A DNA stretch of 64,000 nucleotides from Fibrobacteria bacterium (lineage in GTDB: Bacteria; Fibrobacterota; Fibrobacteria; UBA11236), in the NCBI GenBank assembly GCA_043732185.1, contig JAYTHY010000050.1, forward strand, positions 32,034 through 96,033, written 5' to 3'. Position 1 is the stretch's first letter; every line of letters begins with the position of its first letter. Positions 28,286-38,460 of this stretch are shown here, piece by piece. Below the pieces are notes generated by a model. It saw only the letters and a list, made by a program, of their open reading frames with translations, made no database searches and had not been told where the DNA came from. The position numbers and the translations under genes were made by a program.

Positions 28286-29344
28286 CTATAATCGGCGGAT
28301 GAAACGGTGAAAACGTCCCAGAAAATCAAACTTTTCGTGGAAGGTGCCTGGCGAAGTGGCGAGAGGCTTTCCAGTCACAAGGGGTTGCGGATGCAATGCA
28401 GTTGGCACTGTTAACATCCCCTGATTTCTTAACCAGGCGGCACATAACCAGGGCCAGGAGGCTAGACCAGTGTCCAGCTTCGCATTACCAATGTAGCCAC
28501 CCATTCCAAATCCATGCGGCCCATGATCAAAGAGATTCAGCTGCGCGGGTACCTTGGCTTTAAGGCATGAGTCGTAATACATCTGGCTGTTGGCCACATT
28601 CACAACACCATCGTCCCTGCCATGCACTAAAAAGGCTGGGGAGGTTTTAGCCGTTACCTGCTTTTCATTGGAGAGAAGATTAATCAAAGCGGCACTGGGC
28701 GCATTTCCGAGCAGGTTGTCGCGCGATCCTACATGCGTAAAAGGATCGGTCATCGTGATGACGGGATAAATCAAAATGGAAAAGTCAGGGCGGCAGGAGT
28801 ACCTGTCGATGGGATCCACAGCACCCGGCGCTCCGGAATCAAAATGAGTCGCGGCCGTTGCTGCCAAATGGCCACCAGCGGAAAAACCCATGATGCCAAC
28901 CCGCTTGACATCGATTTTAAACCGTGTGGCATTGGCCCGCACCCATCTTAGCGCGCGCTGTGCATCATTCATTTCAATCGGATGATGATACTTGGGGCCC
29001 AATCGATATTTAAGCACAAAGGCGGAGACGCCCAAGGTATTCATCCAAACGGCTTCATCCACGCCCTCATAACTTGTAGCCAAAGACCAATAAGCACCAC
29101 CAGGACAAATCACTACTGCTGCGCCGTTAAGTTTGGCTCCAGAAGCAGGATAGACCAGGACGGAGGGTTTATCGCCGTCGGCAGTGCCCAAAGCGCCCGG
29201 CGCCCCCTGCGGCCAGAGCAATTCGGCTGTCTGGGCATTTAATCCTGATACGAACAGAGCTATACCCAGTGCCAGAACCTTGAAGGCCTTAAGGCTGAAT
29301 CCAACCATCGGACGCTTTACTTCTCGGTTTTTCAGAAATGGCAT
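28286..29344 (-). CDS. Secreted alpha/beta hydrolase (carbohydrate esterase-like)
   Basis: Signal peptide; CPGGAY, GFSAGG nucleophile, RPDFSILIYP, HGFG; short FDFLGR tail. Confidence 0.88.
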   Translation of the reverse strand: MPFLKNREVKRPMVGFSLKAFKVLALGIALFVSGLNAQTAELLWPQGAPGALGTADGDKPSVLVYPASGAKLNGAAVVICPGGAYWSLATSYEGVDEAVWMNTLGVSAFVLKYRLGPKYHHPIEMNDAQRALRWVRANATRFKIDVKRVGIMGFSAGGHLAATAATHFDSGAPGAVDPIDRYSCRPDFSILIYPVITMTDPFTHVGSRDNLLGNAPSAALINLLSNEKQVTAKTSPAFLVHGRDDGVVNVANSQMYYDSCLKAKVPAQLNLFDHGPHGFGMGGYIGNAKLDTGLASWPWLCAAWLRNQGMLTVPTALHPQPLVTGKPLATSPGTFHEKFDFLGRFHRFIRRL

Positions 29345-29457
29345 TTTAACCCCCTAGCCAAAAAATAGGACTAAAGACAGAAAAGGGAAGGTCAAAAATA
29401 GTGAATATGGTAGCCTTGAGGCGGAAGCATCCGCATTCCGTCCTGCTTGGCCTGCAT

Positions 29458-29832
29458 TCAGCCTCGCTGAATGAACTTTAAGGCACAAACAATGAGCGCG
29501 CCCAATGCAGCTAAAAACAAAAAAGCCTTTGCTACCATGGGCATTTTCTTTGGACCGTTCTCCTCATTGAGCCAGTTCGGGTTAGTTGGGGGCATTTCCT
29601 CCCCTATTTCGGCATCAGCGTCCGTATCATTTTCCTCGACAACATCAGGCACTGCGGGTGCGGTTTCCAAATTCGCCTCTAGGTCTTCCAATCCGCGCGA
29701 TTTGGCTTCCGACAATATCATTTTCACGGCTATTTCAGGCCCATCGCGGCGGCTCGCAGCGAGCATCATCAACAATTTCGCATCCGTAACGGTGGCTAAT
29801 TTGGCTTCAAATTCAATCTCCGTCATCGGCAA
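29458..29832 (-). CDS. Hypothetical acidic protein with C-terminal membrane anchor
   Basis: 124 aa ORF, acidic linker, terminal TM helix. Confidence 0.6.
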   Translation of the reverse strand: MPMTEIEFEAKLATVTDAKLLMMLAASRRDGPEIAVKMILSEAKSRGLEDLEANLETAPAVPDVVEENDTDADAEIGEEMPPTNPNWLNEENGPKKMPMVAKAFLFLAALGALIVCALKFIQRG

Positions 29833-30027
29833 TACCCTTTCGAAGAATCGATTTCCATTGGTTATAGTTTAGCAAACAACTCTAGTGTCGCGCAAAGACT
29901 TTAATTGCTGGTGCATCGACTTTTGGATTTCCAACATAAGGCCAAACACTTTTTAGCCTGCCGGGTTTTTGTTAGCTTCTATAAGTGGAATACCACTGTT
30001 TTCAATTCAAATCCAAAGGAGCAAGCC

Positions 30028-31083
30028 TTGGCCGCTAGCAAAAAATCTCTTGGTGTCCGTTTCATAAAAAATGTTTTTGCACTAATCGTCTCCACCGCCT
30101 TGCCTTCCATGGCTGCTGCTGCGGACTCTCCCCCCAAAGCAACCACCGCGGCCTTGCCGGCCGGACTGTACGCGGAGTTCTATACGAATAAAGGAAAAAT
30201 AACCACGGCTCTCGAATTCGAGAAAGTGCCCTTGACGGTGACCAATTTTGTGGGTCTGGCGGAAGGCACCAAAAAATCGAATAAACCAGCCGGTACGCGC
30301 TTCTATGATGGACTCTTGTTCCACCGTGTAATCGCCAATTTCATGATCCAAGGCGGTGACCCGGAAGGTACCGGAACCGGTGGACCGGGCTACCAATTTC
30401 AAGATGAGTTTGATGCCAGCTTGAAACATGACAAACCGGGTGTCTTATCCATGGCCAATGCCGGCCCCGGAACCAACGGTAGCCAGTTCTTCATCACCCA
30501 CGTACCCACTCCCCATCTCGACGGAAAGCACACTATTTTCGGCCATGTGGTAAGCGGTCAAGACGTTGTAAACGCCGTTGCCCAGAACGACCGTATGGAC
30601 AGTGTTCGCATTGTCCGAGTAGGCCCCAAGGCCAAGAAATTCAAGGCAGATGAAGCCAGTTTCCAAGCCCTGATTGGCAAAAGTGCATCAGCTTTGGCAG
30701 ATAAGAAAAAGAAAACCGAGGCTGAATTAAACGCATTGTTGAAAACCGCCAAAGCCACGCCCTCTGGCCTGAAATATATTGTGACACGTCCTGGCACCGG
30801 CCCCAAACCCAAGTCCGGCACTTCGATTCAGGTTCACTATGCAGGCCGTCTCACGGATGGTACGCCCTTCGACAACTCTTACACGCGAGGAGAGCCCATT
30901 GAATTCGCAGTCGGAACCGGCATGGTCATCCGCGGATGGGATGAGGCGTTATTGGATATGACTAAAGGCGAAAAACGCACTCTGATTATTCCGCCAAACC
31001 TAGCCTATGGCCCTGATGGACGCCCTCCTGCCATCCCTCAGAATGCAACACTTATTTTTGATGTTGAACTGGTGGGATTCTAA
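30028..31083 (+). CDS. Peptidyl-prolyl isomerase, cyclophilin-FKBP fusion, exported
   Basis: [38 protein letters not shown]...[25 protein letters not shown] before in-frame TTG 30028. Confidence 0.95.
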   Translation: MAASKKSLGVRFIKNVFALIVSTALPSMAAAADSPPKATTAALPAGLYAEFYTNKGKITTALEFEKVPLTVTNFVGLAEGTKKSNKPAGTRFYDGLLFHRVIANFMIQGGDPEGTGTGGPGYQFQDEFDASLKHDKPGVLSMANAGPGTNGSQFFITHVPTPHLDGKHTIFGHVVSGQDVVNAVAQNDRMDSVRIVRVGPKAKKFKADEASFQALIGKSASALADKKKKTEAELNALLKTAKATPSGLKYIVTRPGTGPKPKSGTSIQVHYAGRLTDGTPFDNSYTRGEPIEFAVGTGMVIRGWDEALLDMTKGEKRTLIIPPNLAYGPDGRPPAIPQNATLIFDVELVGF

Positions 31084-31096
31084 AGGAGTGGGTACT

Positions 31097-32560
31097 ATGC
31101 TGGTAATGGGAAAAATGCGCCAGGGGCTGACTTTCGCCGCGGTTTTAACTCTGGCTTTGCTCGCAACGGCCGCGCGAGCAGATACGCTGCGCGACCACCT
31201 CTCCGTATTTTTTGAATTCAATGCATTGGATTCGGTCATCAGCTTGGAACAAAAGTCCCCGACCACTTTGCAGGTAACCGTTGCGGATGGAGCGACGGGT
31301 GGAACGCGCAGTTTAAGTGAAGAAGTGGGGGCCAAACCCATGCAGAAGTTTCTGAATGAAGCCAATGATTTGGGTCTCAAGGTTCTGCCTTTTTTATCAG
31401 TAGCCGAGGTTAAAGCGGAAAAGTCTTCCATGCCCGCAGCACCTGCCACGTCTTCGGTATCGGAAAAAACAAAAAGTAAACGCTCGATAAGTTCCGAGCG
31501 CAAAAACCGGATGTGGTATATCGCCTACCAAAGCGCACTTTCTACCTATGTTTATGGTATTTCCATTCCCATTGCCTTGGACGCGAGTAGCGCCAAGGTT
31601 CAAATCGCCACACCCATGATCATCGCCCCCTTTGCATTTGGAACGCACTTTTGGTTCGCCAAAAACCGGCCGTTCGAGGACTCGCACCGTAAAGGAACTT
31701 TTTACCTGAGCTCGGCCGCACTGTATGCTTCCTACGCATTGCCTTTCTCACTCATGAACCTTGATGACAATCCTTTCCGGGTCGCCAGCTTCCTTTCCCT
31801 TGCCGCTTATCCCGCTGGAATTTATGGTGGCTATCTGCTTGGGGATAAATACGTGGACTTACCGGGCCGCATTGATACGGAGGAAAAGTTCGCCATCGGA
31901 TTTGGCACTATGGGTTTTTTCTCACCCTTTCTTTACTTCGAAAAACTTGCGGGCCATGAAAAACCAATTCTTCGTCTGGCTCTAGGACAATCCGTAGTCA
32001 TGGCCACACTTGGGCATTTTCTTGCCGACCACTATCGCACCGGTCAGAATATTCCGGACGGTGTCAATACTGGCATAATGGATCACACCTTCCTCGGCGC
32101 TGGACTCGGATTGGAAGTGGCTGCACTGGCGGATGCCGACATCGGTGCCGTGAGGCCCTGGATTGGCGCGGCTTTGCTGGGGGGCACATTTGGCTTTATG
32201 GAAGGATTGTTCTATTACCGGAACAGCTACGACAGCCAAGAACGTGGACTGTACAATACCTTGGGTGGTATGGGGGGGACTTTGCTTGGAGGCGGTCTCG
32301 CTTTCTTATTTTATGATGACCATGCCTCTGCCTACGCGCACAAAACCACTATAACCAGCCTGCTGGTGGCCGGTACGCTTGTGGGCTATATAGGCACTAA
32401 CTTTTTGACAATGGGAATGGAAGACCGCGGTGCATCCAATGGGCCGCCGTCCTGGACCGATCACTTAGCATTCAATCCAATTCCAGTGCCTGAAGCCCAA
32501 TTTCGAGATCGCGAACTGTACCTTCGCTATCATATTCCCGGTTTTAGCTACCGATTCTGA
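31097..32560 (+). CDS. Hypothetical exported Gly-rich membrane protein
   Basis: AAGGAG RBS; signal peptide; many GxxxG hydrophobic segments; ends FSYRF. Confidence 0.7.
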   Translation: MLVMGKMRQGLTFAAVLTLALLATAARADTLRDHLSVFFEFNALDSVISLEQKSPTTLQVTVADGATGGTRSLSEEVGAKPMQKFLNEANDLGLKVLPFLSVAEVKAEKSSMPAAPATSSVSEKTKSKRSISSERKNRMWYIAYQSALSTYVYGISIPIALDASSAKVQIATPMIIAPFAFGTHFWFAKNRPFEDSHRKGTFYLSSAALYASYALPFSLMNLDDNPFRVASFLSLAAYPAGIYGGYLLGDKYVDLPGRIDTEEKFAIGFGTMGFFSPFLYFEKLAGHEKPILRLALGQSVVMATLGHFLADHYRTGQNIPDGVNTGIMDHTFLGAGLGLEVAALADADIGAVRPWIGAALLGGTFGFMEGLFYYRNSYDSQERGLYNTLGGMGGTLLGGGLAFLFYDDHASAYAHKTTITSLLVAGTLVGYIGTNFLTMGMEDRGASNGPPSWTDHLAFNPIPVPEAQFRDRELYLRYHIPGFSYRF

Positions 32561-32649
32561 TCGGAAATCCTCCGTATCCCCCTGCCTGGTTGCGAAATCG
32601 ATCCTATTATAAGGATGTGGAACTGTAACTTTTCCAAAGGTCTTGCAGC

Positions 32650-33963
32650 ATGAATCTGGTCGAGGTCATTAAGCCGACTCCGGAGGTGATTCGCCTCTTT
32701 CAGGACCCCCATGTGCGGCCGGGAAATTTTGTACAAAGCCTGCTCAACTCACTAGGCCAGGAAAAGGCCAGCAACTTTACCAATGTAAATGCCTACCTGG
32801 AATCCTCTCTGGGAGACGCCTTTCAAACCTTGGAGGATTTGAACACTTTTCAGTTCGGATTAGAGGAGACAAAAAGTCGATTCATCAATCAGGAAATGCA
32901 AGAGGGGTACGATTACCTCAAATCTAAAGCACAGTTCTGCCAGATTGAACTCCATCGCGCCAAAATCAAACTGAACGACCTAAAAATTGCCCTGTGTCGA
33001 TTTATCATTCTATACGAATCCCCGAATAAAACTGCGGTTCGTCCATACCATTCCGTAGAGGAATGGATGGATGCCGCCGCGCTGGCGGAAATGCGTTTGA
33101 CCCGATCGCTATCCGATGGAGTCGATCGCAACCTCCAAAAACTCCTGGCACTTTTCATGACCTTCCGTTCCATAGTTTGTTCGTATGACGGGCCTTCCAT
33201 GTATATCCGTCAAATCGAAAATTCTTTCGCCTCCCTGGACGCGCTCTACGAAAAAGTCCAATTGGAAATAGAAGTTCTTAATGCCAAACGAACGCTGGTA
33301 GAAACCCGGCAGGAATTGTCCACGGCCAAAATAAACCTGTCCAGCCTGCAAGAAGAGTTCAAAGAAAAATGGGCTAAGGATCAAAAACTGGCCAAGTTGA
33401 TGTCCCTCCAAGAAAAATCTTCCTTTACTCAAGTGCTGACGCTCATCTCTGCCCTCCTAATGCTTATGGGTGGGCTGGGGTATTTCTTCATGTACCATCT
33501 TCAGCCTGGAGCAGCCAAGTCCGTCGATGCCTTATCCCAGCGCGCCTGCTTGGAAATAGCCAGAAAATTGGAGAAGTCGCCACGCTATCAAAGCCAAGTT
33601 TTAATCTTCAAGAAGTATGCGCAAAATATTTATTTCCGTGCCAATAGCCAGACTTGCGAAAAGCTACACCGATTGGACTCTGCACAAATTTTTTCTTTAG
33701 GAGAGTTGCTCAAGGCAGATTATTCGGCAGGCAATCAAACGGTTGCATCCTATAACGGCAATCGTGTGCTTCAAGTCAAAGGCGTCGGCCAAAACAAGTT
33801 GGTGGTTAAATTGGTAAATAGAACCACCGGGAATATCCCTTATAAAATGAAAGTTTTGGAAGAAGCCAATGCACTGCGCGCGACACTGGAATCGGACAAG
33901 CAGGGTTTGACGGATGACCTGCTTATTGTGGATTTGAATTCAAGACGGGCTTCAGCCGAGTAA
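32650..33963 (+). CDS. Hypothetical coiled-coil single-pass membrane protein
   Basis: 437 aa ORF, heptad-rich segment, one TM helix, C-terminal soluble domain. Confidence 0.7.
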   Translation: MNLVEVIKPTPEVIRLFQDPHVRPGNFVQSLLNSLGQEKASNFTNVNAYLESSLGDAFQTLEDLNTFQFGLEETKSRFINQEMQEGYDYLKSKAQFCQIELHRAKIKLNDLKIALCRFIILYESPNKTAVRPYHSVEEWMDAAALAEMRLTRSLSDGVDRNLQKLLALFMTFRSIVCSYDGPSMYIRQIENSFASLDALYEKVQLEIEVLNAKRTLVETRQELSTAKINLSSLQEEFKEKWAKDQKLAKLMSLQEKSSFTQVLTLISALLMLMGGLGYFFMYHLQPGAAKSVDALSQRACLEIARKLEKSPRYQSQVLIFKKYAQNIYFRANSQTCEKLHRLDSAQIFSLGELLKADYSAGNQTVASYNGNRVLQVKGVGQNKLVVKLVNRTTGNIPYKMKVLEEANALRATLESDKQGLTDDLLIVDLNSRRASAE

Positions 33964-34386
33964 AGGCTCCGGACCGAATACACTTTCCAAGGTGGCTGCC
34001 ACGGTTTTCAAGCTATAGGGTTTGGCGAGCAGTTTGGAAAATATCGACACGTCTCCGATATTAGAATCGGTTTCATTTTCATTTTTTTCTTGCGCCATCA
34101 TCCCACTGGATAAAATCCCTTTGATGGTAGGATCCAGGCGCTTTAAGGTCTCAAAAGTTTCCTTACCATTCATTCCATTCGGAACAATCCAATCGACAAT
34201 GACAGCATTAAAAGGGTTGCCTTGGTCCAAATGGGATTTAAACACCTTTACTGCTTCTTCACCGCTTTTAACTCCAACGCCTCGGTATCCCAAGAATTCC
34301 AGCATTTTCAGCAACATACTGAGTATCAGCTCTTGATCGTCCACCACCAAGATCCACTGCTTTGGGGCGCTCGCATGTTGATTCAT
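33952..34386 (-). CDS. Single-domain response regulator (REC)
   Basis: LVVDDQ, VIVDW phospho-Asp, LSSG, AKPY. Confidence 0.9.
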   Translation of the reverse strand: MNQHASAPKQWILVVDDQELILSMLLKMLEFLGYRGVGVKSGEEAVKVFKSHLDQGNPFNAVIVDWIVPNGMNGKETFETLKRLDPTIKGILSSGMMAQEKNENETDSNIGDVSIFSKLLAKPYSLKTVAATLESVFGPEPLLG

Positions 34387-34958
34387 TTTACCGCCTGAAA
34401 AACAGCCGTTTGCGCAAATGCGGAGGCCAAAAACAGCGTAAAAATGAATCCCGGCACCCGTATGCTAGCCCAAGCCCACTTGCCCCAATTTGCCGCTGCA
34501 TAGATAGTGATTAAGGAGTGCAGGATGAGCCAGGCGGGCAACTGATAGCTCAAAACTCTAAAGGTTTCCGACACCGTTTCCTTATCGAGGGCGGGATTGA
34601 TGGCAATTAGTTTATCGAGTCCTATGTATTTATTAGCCATATCCAAAAGCAAGGCTTTATGAAAGATATACCACGCTCCAAGCATGATAACCGCAATGAG
34701 AATATTGATCAGCGCCCCATGAATTTTGAAATAGAAATCGTCCTGCGTGCGCAAAGAAGCCGCTATAAAACCCACCATGATGAAAAAAGCCACCAAGCTC
34801 AAATAGTCGAAAGCGCCAAACTGAACCACACTATAAATCGCCTCACCGGCACCCAGGCTCAAAGCTCCCCAAAGGGCTTTTCGCTTGCTGGCATAGGTAT
34901 CCAGGACCAAAAAAGCGATTACAGGAAGGAAACCGAACCAGACGAGATTTGAATTCAT
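34383..34958 (-). CDS. YciB/IspZ-like inner-membrane protein
   Basis: FLPVIAF, QDDFYFKI, multiple TM helices; start could extend to 35024. Confidence 0.65.
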   Translation of the reverse strand: MNSNLVWFGFLPVIAFLVLDTYASKRKALWGALSLGAGEAIYSVVQFGAFDYLSLVAFFIMVGFIAASLRTQDDFYFKIHGALINILIAVIMLGAWYIFHKALLLDMANKYIGLDKLIAINPALDKETVSETFRVLSYQLPAWLILHSLITIYAAANWGKWAWASIRVPGFIFTLFLASAFAQTAVFQAVK

Positions 34959-35064
34959 GCTATGACTTTTTCCATTGCGACTGTTTCCGTTCTGACTATT
35001 TCCATAAAAACCTAAATATAGCAATCGCTGAAAGCGGGCCTATATTGTTACTTTCTCTTATAGT

Positions 35065-35919
35065 ATGAAAACCAAAAAAACCCCTTTAGTCTCCATTGCC
35101 GATGTCCAAAATTTTGCGGACACTAGGCGCATTGATATCAACAAAGTAGGTATAAAAGGTATCCGTCACCCGGTTCGCGTCAAGGACCGCTCAGGAGGCG
35201 AGCAACACACCATTGCCACCTTCAACATGTACGTGTATTTGCCTCACAATTTTAAAGGCACGCATATGTCCCGCTTTGTGGAAATCCTGAACAACCACAA
35301 TGGGGAAATCACAGTAGAATCCTTCCAAAAAATGCTGCCGGAAATGACCGAGAAATTGACTGCGGAATATGGCGATATTCAAATGAGCTTCCCTTACTTC
35401 GTCAATAAAGCAGCACCCATATCCGGCGTCAAAAGTCTGATGGATTATGATGTCACCTTTATTGGTGGGGTCTCCAAAAACAAAACCACCACCACTCTTA
35501 AAGTGGTTGTACCCGTAACCAGTTTGTGCCCTTGTTCCAAAAAGATTTCCGATTATGGCGCCCACAATCAGCGCTCGCATGTCACTGTACAAGTCAGTAT
35601 TGCTCCAGGGGCCCATTTTGTGTGGATCGAGGATATCATCGACTTGGTCGAATCGGTCGCATCTTGCGAGCTCTACGGTTTATTAAAACGTCCGGATGAA
35701 AAATACGTGACCGAGAGGGCGTACGACAACCCCAAATTCGTAGAAGATATGGTGCGAGACACGGCCCATTTGCTGAATATCGACAAACGCATTTCCCATT
35801 ACATTGTGGAATCGGAGAATTTCGAATCCATCCACAACCATTCGGCATACGCTATGATCGAAAAGGATAAAACCAAGAATCGAGCTAAGGTTAAGGAAAA
35901 ACCCCGATCGCGCAAATAG
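35065..35919 (+). CDS. folE2: GTP cyclohydrolase IB
   Basis: [46 protein letters not shown]. Confidence 0.97.
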   Translation: MKTKKTPLVSIADVQNFADTRRIDINKVGIKGIRHPVRVKDRSGGEQHTIATFNMYVYLPHNFKGTHMSRFVEILNNHNGEITVESFQKMLPEMTEKLTAEYGDIQMSFPYFVNKAAPISGVKSLMDYDVTFIGGVSKNKTTTTLKVVVPVTSLCPCSKKISDYGAHNQRSHVTVQVSIAPGAHFVWIEDIIDLVESVASCELYGLLKRPDEKYVTERAYDNPKFVEDMVRDTAHLLNIDKRISHYIVESENFESIHNHSAYAMIEKDKTKNRAKVKEKPRSRK

Positions 35920-36061
35920 TCGGTTTTGTGCCTTGCCGACGTAGGATCGTGCATTTTCTAAAAATTCCCTCGTTATAAATGTGATTTTTTGCATATCATA
36001 TGGATAGTGTAAAGGGGGGAAGTCTGGGTGGACCGACTGTCCATCAGACCAAGTTTGCCGT

Positions 36062-37843
36062 ATGAAATTAAAACCATTCCGTTCGACCTATTTCTCTTTA
36101 GCTTTTTTTTCTGCTATTGGAACAGGGCTCCTGACATCATCGGGCGCAGAAGACTACTCCACATGGTCTTTTACGGAAAACATCACGCTCAACACCTCCG
36201 CCACAGGGGCCGCTATCACCGAGAATGTGCAGGATTTTCCCGTTCTGGTCCGCCTGACTTCCAGTAATTTTATTTTTTCAGAGGCTAAGGGAAAAGGACA
36301 AGATCTCCGTTTTTCAAAACCTTCCGGACTTCATCTCAACTATGAAATAGAACGCTGGGATTCGGCAGGCGGGGCCGCGGAAATCTGGGTAAAGCTGGAT
36401 ACGGTATTCGGAAATACTACCGGCCAATCGGTTAAAATGCATTGGGGCCAAAGCAGTGCTGCGGATTCTTCCAAGAGTGGGATGGTTTTCGGTACCTCCA
36501 ATGGATTTTCCGGGGTATGGCATCTCAATGCCTCAGTGAATGACGCCACCCCAAATGCATACAACGGCACGGACAATGGATCCACCGATGGGTTGGCGTT
36601 AATCGGTCATGGGAGAAGGTTTAATGGCACAACCAATTTCATCACCTTCGGTAATGCTGCGGGATCCGCGCCCAACCTTACAGCCTCAATGTGGATCAAA
36701 ACCAATACTGCCGCTGCATACCAACAGCCGTTTGGAAAATTTCCCAACGACACCACAGCCAAAGGTTGGGGCTTCATGTGCCGTGTTTCCGCCGAAGACT
36801 CGGCCATTCATTTTCGAATCGGCAGTGAGGGCACTTACGGAGGCTGGCCCGATCCAGTACGCATGAATAAAATGTATAGTCCAGGACAATGGGATCATAT
36901 TGTAGGCACTTACGATTTTCAATCCCATACCGGAAGACTGTATCGCAATGGCGCGCTTAAAGTCTCGGCGGTCAATACTGATGGCCGGGGGGTAGACAAC
37001 CTCTCCATGCTGCTTACCTTTGGCCGGTACAGCGGGGGAACTTCCGAATATTTTAATGGCGATGCCGATGAACTCAGGGTTTCCAGTCTAGCCCGGTCGG
37101 CTGATTGGATAAAGTTGGAATATGAAAACCAAAAAGCCAATCAGAGTCTTATCACGCTTAAGCTATCCCCCCGCTGCCAAGCCAAATTCAGCGGCCCCCC
37201 AGCCACTACGGCAAATGAAGGGGCCCAGTTGACGCTTCTGGCTACGGCTGACTGTGCCAGTGCTTTTTCCTGGAGTGTTCTATCCGGCCCCGCGCCGGCT
37301 ATTTTGGATCCGGAAGTGCAGCGTTTATCTGTAATTGTTCCACGAGTAGTCGGTGACGTTAATTTTGTTTATCGCTTTACAGCCACATATCCAGACTCCT
37401 CACCGCATTGGGATGTTCGAGTGACCATAAAGGAAGCTATTCCCGAACCCGACTTTAATTTTCCAACCATCCTCACTTGGAACGGCCAGGACAGCTTGGC
37501 GTTTATTCCCGTGATTACCAATCTAAGCGCCATTAAAGCGAGTCGAGATTCTGTGTTAACCTGGACTTGGACGACTACCGATCTGCCTACCGATACCTCT
37601 TGGTTGGCCAATGGCTTGTTACTTAAAAGTGCATCAAGTGGAAAACTGGATATTGGACTTTGCTTAAACAATGGCGGAAAGGCCACGTGCAAAACAGCTT
37701 CCCTTACCGTGTCACCTACTACGGCTTTGTCCGAAAAAACCGAAAGAGATCCAAACGGAAAGCAGGGGACTCCCACTAATGGCCGTAATATTTTGGGCCG
37801 CTCCGGATTAAGAACCAGAATGCAGTATCACTACAAAGATTAA
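36062..37843 (+). CDS. Secreted DUF2341 + LamG/ConA-like protein
   Basis: FPVLVRL, GQDLRF, YEIERWD, EIWVK; GVWHLN, WDHIVGTYD, FNGDADELRVS, WIKLEYENQK; short RNILGR tail. Confidence 0.85.
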   Translation: MKLKPFRSTYFSLAFFSAIGTGLLTSSGAEDYSTWSFTENITLNTSATGAAITENVQDFPVLVRLTSSNFIFSEAKGKGQDLRFSKPSGLHLNYEIERWDSAGGAAEIWVKLDTVFGNTTGQSVKMHWGQSSAADSSKSGMVFGTSNGFSGVWHLNASVNDATPNAYNGTDNGSTDGLALIGHGRRFNGTTNFITFGNAAGSAPNLTASMWIKTNTAAAYQQPFGKFPNDTTAKGWGFMCRVSAEDSAIHFRIGSEGTYGGWPDPVRMNKMYSPGQWDHIVGTYDFQSHTGRLYRNGALKVSAVNTDGRGVDNLSMLLTFGRYSGGTSEYFNGDADELRVSSLARSADWIKLEYENQKANQSLITLKLSPRCQAKFSGPPATTANEGAQLTLLATADCASAFSWSVLSGPAPAILDPEVQRLSVIVPRVVGDVNFVYRFTATYPDSSPHWDVRVTIKEAIPEPDFNFPTILTWNGQDSLAFIPVITNLSAIKASRDSVLTWTWTTTDLPTDTSWLANGLLLKSASSGKLDIGLCLNNGGKATCKTASLTVSPTTALSEKTERDPNGKQGTPTNGRNILGRSGLRTRMQYHYKD

Positions 37844-38397
37844 TGGAACAGCTTTAAAAGCAAAGCGTCGCTTTCTTCAACCATTTTTTCTGGCGTTACC
37901 GGCCTGCCATCGCGTAGCCAACCCGTCATGAACCGCACCAGCGCGGCCGCAGCAGCCTCTGCCCGCAGAGCGTGCAGGGAACGATTTTCCTTAGCCCCGG
38001 AGGCAGGGTGGAGATGGACGATGCTGCGCGTAAGAATATCAATGAGAAACTGTGTCACCATTTGCCCACTTTGCAGTGTCAGAATGGATCGAGCCAAAGA
38101 TTCACTCTCAGCCAGGTGTTGATAAAAATCCAGAAATTCGATTCGAGTATCGCCATCCTCGAGAATCAATTTTTTAAGATGATCGTGACCCCAGAGCAGC
38201 AATTGCTCCTTGTTTTCATAATGCAAGTAGAAAGTCGAACGACCCACATTAGCCCTGTCAATAATGTCCTGAATGGATACATTGGCATATCCCTTTTCCA
38301 GGATTAGGGCAACGAGCGCATCGGAAAGAAGCCGTTTGGTTTTTTGTACTCGCCGGTCAAGCGGCTTCTTACTGGACTTTTTTCCGGAAGTGTTCAT
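37840..38397 (-). CDS. TetR/AcrR family transcriptional regulator
   Basis: DRRVQKTK, IQDIIDRANVGRSTFYLHYENK. Confidence 0.93.
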   Translation of the reverse strand: MNTSGKKSSKKPLDRRVQKTKRLLSDALVALILEKGYANVSIQDIIDRANVGRSTFYLHYENKEQLLLWGHDHLKKLILEDGDTRIEFLDFYQHLAESESLARSILTLQSGQMVTQFLIDILTRSIVHLHPASGAKENRSLHALRAEAAAAALVRFMTGWLRDGRPVTPEKMVEESDALLLKLFH

Positions 38398-38432
38398 TAA
38401 CAGACCTTTTGCAGGAAGTGTCGATGGCTCTT

Positions 38433-38458
38433 TCTTGAAGCTTGTGGTAATTTCAAGA
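38433..38458. promoter_or_regulatory. Inverted repeat in TetR/desaturase divergent gap, candidate operator
   Basis: TCTTGAA-N12-TTCAAGA directly before the desaturase ATG. Confidence 0.35.
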
Positions 38459-38460
38459 TC

